DNA of 32,000 nucleotides from Wolbachia endosymbiont of Cimex lectularius (GTDB taxonomy: Bacteria; Pseudomonadota; Alphaproteobacteria; Rickettsiales; Anaplasmataceae). A program made the position numbers and the translations under genes. Positions within the stretch are counted from its first letter, which is position 1; each line of letters begins with the position of its first letter. The notes beneath the pieces were generated by a model that saw only the letters and a program-made list of their open reading frames with translations, made no database searches and was not told the origin of the DNA. Location: contig NZ_AP013028.1 of the NCBI RefSeq assembly GCF_000829315.1, positions 1,020,001-1,052,000 on the forward strand, read 5' to 3'. Positions 26,480 through 32,000 of the stretch are shown here, one piece after another.

Positions 26480-27298
26480 TTATCTAATAGATAAGCTATC
26501 TAAGTCAAATTTTTGGCCCGGATAGAGCGTGAACATAACGTTCCCATCACCTAAATATACATTCTGAGAATTATTCGCTCGCTTTTTTATTACTTTTTGG
26601 TCTACAATCCATACAAAAGTTACATAGTTTTCAGTCACTGAATGAACTTTTAAATCCTTAGCGTTCGAAAACAGCCTTCCATTCACCCATATTCTCCATG
26701 TATCAGAAGAAAAGTATAAAATCGAATCTAAACTCACCATCTTATAATTAAAATTATCTAATATCCTTTCTTCTGCAGCTCCCGAAGATCGCAGGTGAAA
26801 TTTTTCCATTTCACTGACTATCTTATTAATTGATTCCTCATCAAAAAAAATGCTTTTCATATCATTATATTGTGATAAGACGTCAAAGTCACTCTCTACT
26901 GCTTCCTTTATTATATCATCCTGATCAGTATAACTTGTTTTGCGATCGTTTATAAAAAAACATTCTTTTGCACGCAAATTTGCTATGTTAATAAAATCAT
27001 CGACTTCTTGATTACCAACTTTGAAAACGCTCTCGAAATATTTTTTTTCCATCATTACTCCATGTTTAGAGTGATGACAAACCATTTCATCATTATCTTG
27101 TTTTTCTATATATACACATAAACCCTTGCTACTTAATCCCAGTATTCTGTGCTCGATAAAGTCCTCATTGCCAATATATTGTCGACAAGTATATTCTTTA
27201 CAAATTTCTATGCTTTCTATAATACCTTTACAACTGCAATATACATTCACACTGAAAAACAGTAGAGTAAAAATAAAAAACAGCTTTATCTTCATCAT
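26480..27298 (-). CDS. Secreted/periplasmic protein with a C-terminal PilP/GspC-HR-like beta domain (MshK/PilP position)
   Basis: Signal peptide MMKIKLFFIFTLLFFSVNVYC, Cys-rich N-domain, acidic linker, and a beta-rich end LDSILYFSSDTWRIWVNGRLFS...VTFVWIV. Start lies 1 nt after the upstream stop (TGAgATG). Confidence 0.45.
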   Translation of the reverse strand: MMKIKLFFIFTLLFFSVNVYCSCKGIIESIEICKEYTCRQYIGNEDFIEHRILGLSSKGLCVYIEKQDNDEMVCHHSKHGVMMEKKYFESVFKVGNQEVDDFINIANLRAKECFFINDRKTSYTDQDDIIKEAVESDFDVLSQYNDMKSIFFDEESINKIVSEMEKFHLRSSGAAEERILDNFNYKMVSLDSILYFSSDTWRIWVNGRLFSNAKDLKVHSVTENYVTFVWIVDQKVIKKRANNSQNVYLGDGNVMFTLYPGQKFDLDSLSIR

Positions 27299-27299
27299 C

Positions 27300-27907
27300 T
27301 CATCTATTTAGTATAGTGTACCAGTCAAAGACCATATTAGCTCTCACTATCTCTATCATATTACCATTCAAAATCTGATTCATAGTTGAAGCATCAATAT
27401 CTCTCTCTTTATTTAGAATAAGAGATTTGATCGTAACATAACCAGGCAGACTTGGAATAGACTGTAAAAATAAAAAAATATGCTTATCGCTAATTGAACT
27501 GAAGTTTAGGGTAACTTTACTTTTTATCACTTTTGTGTGTTCAGTTTCACCGTGTAATTCAACTTCCTCAGGTATGGAAATTGATATCTCAGGCTCTAGT
27601 ATGTAGTATTTTTTATATAGCTTGCCAAGCTCGAAATTCAGATTTGCAATGTATCTGCTGCTGTGTAAATTTGAAGAAGAAATTCTTTTCCACAAATCTA
27701 GGTTTTTATTTAAAACAACTTCCTTTTTTTGGACTTCAGTGATTTGTAGATTTATAGAACGTATCTCATCAATGGCATTTTGGTTTTTACTATGGACTTT
27801 TTTGTATAAATAACAACGTAAGTTAACGCCCCTATTAACCCAACAGATAATAACAAATAAAACACAAGTTGAATTGCAACTCTTTTTTTTAATTGGAAGA
27901 TATTCAT
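27300..27907 (-). pseudogene. PilO/MshJ/GspM-like bitopic membrane protein, one frameshift
   Basis: ATG 27907 opens MNIFQLKKRVAIQLVFYLLLSVGLIGALTYVVIYTKK..., with a stop at 27752-27754. A second frame continues ...NQNAIDEIRSINLQITEVQKKEVVLNKNLDLWKR... into track ORF 27300..27695. The frame switch must lie in the T4/T5/T6 runs at 27778-27803. Confidence 0.55.
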
Positions 27908-27911
27908 TAGT

Positions 27912-29321
27912 TTACATAGCCTCTCCTATTTTAACATCAATAGATATATTTTGCTTTTTAATGACAGGCAAACTAGAAATATCAATGTCATAGGTGCGAA
28001 AATTGTTGTTTAATTTTTTTTGTAGTTCCTTGTATTGATAAGAAACACCTTTGCCAGGTTGAAAGTCAAAACTTAAAGCTGTAGTAATATAATTTTCCGC
28101 CTCATTATAACTCCACTTAAATGATTGAAGTTCGACACCCGGTACTTTTAATTTTTCTACATACCTCACTTGCACAAGAGGAGAATATTCCATCTTAGAT
28201 AAAATGTTATTGATGTTAATAAAATCATAGACCTCACTTATTCTTTTCACATTATAGTTTTGGCTGAGTTTCATTAATTGATTATCTAAGGCTCCCTTTC
28301 TTGCTGATAAATTACCGGCAACGTTAAGATTTGAATGCAAACTTAACAAATAAAGGGTGTTGATTACAATTAAAATTGAAGCAAAGTATAGAAAAATTCG
28401 AGGAGAGTGAAAATAAAGGTAATTTAATAGATAAAATTCTTTAGTTTCTTTTGTATTGAAAATAGCTGCCGGCTTATTCTTAAAACTGTGGAATAGAATT
28501 ATGGTATCGCAGAAACTGTCTTTCTCACTTACAACTAATTCTAACCCTAGCAATTTACCCAGCTCATATGGAGTTAATATGCTCACGCTATTCTCCGAAA
28601 AACTTATGATTGATAAACTAGTCTTAATATCTTCTGGTACTACCATGCAAAGGTCGATAAGGTCGTTTTTCTTGAGGCCAAACTTAGTTAAGGACCGAAT
28701 AGTATTTCGCACTTCTTGATATATTCCACCCGCAATAATTCCTGGTAGATTATCCTTAGTAAACGGCACTAAACGCGTAAATACCATTTTATTCTCTTTA
28801 AAAACCAACTTGTCTATAGCCTCCAGTTTTGGTTGCAACAACTATGATCTTCCAATTATCAGGGTCTTTATAGAAGACCTTTTTTGCCATATTATCTATT
28901 TCTATAGGAAACATTAATATTCCCTTAAAGTTAGAGCCTATCTCTATAAACACATTCAACCAATATTCCACTAAATGTTTTGCTTTTGATGACACAAGAA
29001 GATAATACCAGTTTTGGTTAAGTTTATTTGGTTTTTCAACCAAATAAACTGAGCTTATATCGTTATTGCGAGCAAAATGCTCCACCTTTGCTTTTGCTGA
29101 TAGGTAGGCACTAATCCTATTTACTTTTGGAATGGACTGTAGCAAGTAATTCTGATCTGCATGATTAAGTACTAGATACAAAGGTGCTTTTTTATCCGAT
29201 GAAAGGCATAAATTTAGATCAGATACTGCTTTATCATTTTGTCCTTAATGAAATATCTTTTATTTAAAATGTTATTTTTGAAATATAGTAATATTATACC
29301 TCCTTCTCCAACAGAAAGCAT
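27912..29321 (-). pseudogene. PilM+PilN fusion-like protein (MshI/GspL architecture), two frameshifts
   Basis: Three frames: 29214..29321 (MLSVGEGGIILLYFKNN...), 28798..29244 (...WKIIVVATKTGGYRQVGF) and 27912..28841 (...KENKMVFTRLVPF...GIIAGGIYQEV..., TM IFLYFASILIVINTLYLLSL, then about 140 aa periplasmic). Breaks lie at the homopolymers 29237-29240 and 28800-28804. Confidence 0.55.
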
Positions 29322-29649
29322 GAACCTACTTTTGGATTTTAAACTAAACATATTAACAGAGTGTATACTTATCCATAATTAAAAAAGCAATTTATTGAAA
29401 TTTATTAAACGTTATAGGGAAATATTGTTATAAATTTCTACAACAACATTATTTATATTATAATTTTATTAATAAATTTAGTACTAATATTAACCAATTT
29501 ATATAATAAAATTAAGAAAATTTATTTTACAATTTTAATTGACATAAATCATTAACCTGGTTATGATTAATATAGTATTAATACGTGGGGTAAAAAAGTG
29601 GTATCTGTGCAGCTAAGCAGTGTGAGAAATAATAGCTATATATAAGCTA

Positions 29650-30870
29650 CTATTGAACATAATACACACAATTAAAGCTATTACAACTTGAACACTTGTA
29701 ATCCCACTGCTTTAGCTGTTTACTACAGTTTTTACATTTCCAACATGGGTCAGGCAAAGCTTCTGAACCCATCTTGTTTAGTAAGTGAATTGCCTCGTCG
29801 TATTCTTGCAATTTAATTTTAAGCCGCACCATAATAAGGTAGACTGATATGTAATTAGCTTTTTTCATAGCAATGTCTAGATGTTGATTTGCAAGATCAT
29901 ACTTACCTAAGCTAATTGAAGATAAAGCAAGTAAACAATAACTAAAATAATAATCAGGACGCAAGCCGTATAGTTTTTCAGCACCTTTACTATTTAAACT
30001 GATGTAAATTTTTGCTGACTCAGGAGTAGGATTTACTGTATACTCTGCCTCTAGTACTGCAGAAGCTTTTCTGATTTTTCCAAGTTTAATATATAATTTC
30101 GCCTTTAAATAATTGATAGGCTGAAAAGTTGCGCAATGATTTTGTGCTCTAAATAAAGACTTTATAGCTTCCTTATAATTCCCTTTACTTTCATATTGCT
30201 TTGCTAAAGCGCAATAAAAAACTGCTAACATTTTTTTGCAATCAAAAGGAAGAAAAATATTGAACTTCGCAGCTTCCTTTAACTTCAAAATTGCGCAAGC
30301 CCAATCTTCTTGTAATATGCAATGCTCTATTTGAAAGGGAATAGACAGAATTTTATCATTAACCGAACTTGAGCAATACTCTATGAATTTTTGAAAGATT
30401 GCTCCTTCTTGTTTGAGATGGACAATTAGTTTATTGGCCAGAAGTAGAGCTAAGTTGCGATTTTTACTTGCAATGTTTGTTAAACCATTGCTGAAGAAGC
30501 TGTAATTTCCCATCTTACCTGAGTTAAAGAGCTTTATTAAAGATAACTTATCGCTTTCCTCATTTAGATTTTTAACCAGCTTGTGAGCGTTCTCTGTATT
30601 GCCCAAATCCATGCTAAAAAGAGCTTCAAAAAGAAGCAATTCTTCTTTATCCTTTCTTCTATTTCTTATGTTGGCAAATGTTGATGAAATGGAAGAACAA
30701 AAGCGTGCAAGTATAATTAATAAAAACAATAAAAATACACAAGCAAAAATAATGAAATATAGATCAACACTTATAGTGTAACTGCCTAATTCTAATCTCA
30801 TTACTTCACCGCTCACTTTGACCCATATGCCAAATAAAAAAGAGAGAGCGAAAACTATGAAGTAAATCAT
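29650..30870 (-). CDS. HemY-like membrane TPR protein with C-terminal Cys4 zinc-ribbon
   Basis: 406 aa. Two N-terminal TM helices, TPR-like repeats, and the end CWKCKNCSKQLKQWDYKCSSCNSFN. Its ATG overlaps the upstream stop (ATGA). Confidence 0.65.
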   Translation of the reverse strand: MIYFIVFALSFLFGIWVKVSGEVMRLELGSYTISVDLYFIIFACVFLLFLLIILARFCSSISSTFANIRNRRKDKEELLLFEALFSMDLGNTENAHKLVKNLNEESDKLSLIKLFNSGKMGNYSFFSNGLTNIASKNRNLALLLANKLIVHLKQEGAIFQKFIEYCSSSVNDKILSIPFQIEHCILQEDWACAILKLKEAAKFNIFLPFDCKKMLAVFYCALAKQYESKGNYKEAIKSLFRAQNHCATFQPINYLKAKLYIKLGKIRKASAVLEAEYTVNPTPESAKIYISLNSKGAEKLYGLRPDYYFSYCLLALSSISLGKYDLANQHLDIAMKKANYISVYLIMVRLKIKLQEYDEAIHLLNKMGSEALPDPCWKCKNCSKQLKQWDYKCSSCNSFNCVYYVQ

Positions 30871-31598
30871 GAGATATATTGTAATAAGTGATGATATATT
30901 ATTGAAATATTCTTAGAAGCTACAATAAAACCATTTAATTTACTGAGCCATGGTTTAAATTCTGGATGTGTTAAATCGCCTATTGTGGTAGCTATGCTCT
31001 GCCAATCATTATCGTTTATTGACTCCTCAATTTCTGCCAACTTTACTCTCAGTGGATCGTTTTTATCTTTTACCTTTATCCAGTTGGAAATGATTCTTTT
31101 AAAGAATGTACTCTTATTGTAGTCAATAACAGCAATGGTCTTTTCAAAAGATAACTTCAACTCATGTAAAGTATTTATCTCTTTTAAACTTTCCAATTCA
31201 CTCACTGCATTCTCTATCTCTGGGTCGTCAAGCTCCGATATTAAAGGCTTTATTGAATTTATATGATTATCAAATCTTGCTTCTTGTAATAACGAATTCT
31301 TCATTTTAATCACAAGTAGCAGCAATTTTGCAAGGTTCTTATGCCTTGAGCTACCATCACCTTGCTCACATTGAGTGTGCAGATTCCTCTTTAGTTCAAA
31401 CATCTTTTTTTCTATTCTAGATTGATTAACCTCAAGTAACATCTTGAGCTCATCTATGTTTTCCGTCAAAACCTTTATATTATCCTCGCTTTCTTGCTGA
31501 TTTATTTTTAAAAATACTATGTTATTTATTGTAATATAACTGACAAACAATAACACAATTAAGAACCAGCCTATGCATTTTTGCTGAGTATCATTCAT
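30867..31598 (-). CDS. HemX/Mic60 (mitofilin)-like membrane coiled-coil protein
   Basis: ATG 31598 (MNDTQQKCIGWFLIVLLFVSYITINNIVFL as TM), a long coiled-coil, and the C-terminal segment LAEIEESINDNDWQSIATTIGDLTHPEFKPWLSKLNGFIVASKNI. Track start 31649 would overlap the lolC/E gene. Confidence 0.5.
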   Translation of the reverse strand: MNDTQQKCIGWFLIVLLFVSYITINNIVFLKINQQESEDNIKVLTENIDELKMLLEVNQSRIEKKMFELKRNLHTQCEQGDGSSRHKNLAKLLLLVIKMKNSLLQEARFDNHINSIKPLISELDDPEIENAVSELESLKEINTLHELKLSFEKTIAVIDYNKSTFFKRIISNWIKVKDKNDPLRVKLAEIEESINDNDWQSIATTIGDLTHPEFKPWLSKLNGFIVASKNISIIYHHLLQYIS

Positions 31599-32000
31599 AC
31601 CGTAGTATCTCCGCAGGATCTTGCGCAGCTGCTTGTAATGCAGGAGCAATTGTTGCTAAAAATGACAGAAACAATGCAAGTGCAAAAATATTTACCACGT
31701 CTTGGGGAACTAATATCACTGGCAAGCTTGAAAAAAAGTATATCATAGGATCAAATAATTTAACGTTAGTGATGCTCTCTAAAAACACTCTAATATTTTC
31801 AATATTGAGAGAAAAAACAACACCTATAATACAGCCAAGACAAGTTCCTATAAAACCAATCAGTAGCCCACAAGTGCAAAATATGCGCATAATGCTTCCA
31901 GTTGTTGCACCAAATGTACGCATGATTGCAATTGCAGATTTCTTTTCTTGCACTATCATCATTAAATTTGAGACAATATTGAATGCTGCCACAATTATAA
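31591..32000 (-). CDS. Lipoprotein-releasing system permease LolC/E (FtsX domain), C-terminal part only
   Basis: Frame is open to the window edge. MRTFGATTGSIMRIF...FLATIAPALQAAAQDPAEILRYE is the typical FtsX-type C-terminus. Confidence 0.8.
   Translation of the reverse strand, partial: IIVAAFNIVSNLMMIVQEKKSAIAIMRTFGATTGSIMRIFCTCGLLIGFIGTCLGCIIGVVFSLNIENIRVFLESITNVKLFDPMIYFFSSLPVILVPQDVVNIFALALFLSFLATIAPALQAAAQDPAEILRYE

Overview
AT-rich bacterial chromosome segment. Gene content, the IS type and the short ATCCCAGTG...CACTGGGAT palindromic repeats look like an Anaplasmataceae endosymbiont, most likely Wolbachia. That assignment is from memory; no search was run. Housekeeping genes, left to right: a GltD-like oxidoreductase (missing from the ORF track because it runs off the window), fabZ, skp-like, bamA, rseP, sdhE, era, a PolB-type 3'-5' exonuclease, xth, hemD, an SDF-family symporter, prs, gatC, mtaB, a beta-barrel OMP, dapA, ssb, tRNA-Arg(CCG), a HemY-like TPR protein, a Mic60/HemX-like protein and a LolC/E fragment. 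On top of this sit: (1) four copies of one 860-bp IS5-family element, whose transposase needs a +1 frame change at an A8 tract. One copy splits a membrane-protein gene, one sits 2 bp upstream of a secretin start codon, and one has mismatched target duplications next to a truncated zapA-like gene. (2) A tightly packed mshIJK/pilMNOP-like module (PilM+N fusion, PilO-like, PilP-like) carrying three homopolymer frameshifts, plus an MshL/PilQ-type lipoprotein secretin 4.4 kb away. No pilin, ATPase or platform gene is in the window. (3) A pair of roughly 0.5-0.7 kb imperfect inverted repeats bracketing xth-hemD-symporter. Each arm has a perfect TTGACA-N17-TATAAT promoter firing outward across ORF-free tandem modules of about 130-150 bp. 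(4) Palindromic repeat elements inserted in frame into two genes (oxidoreductase twice, dapA once). (5) A frameshifted orphan phage terminase. (6) A compact promoter-terminator unit that could encode a roughly 58-nt sRNA. All coordinates and translations were done by eye; no similarity search, identity calculation or fold prediction was possible.
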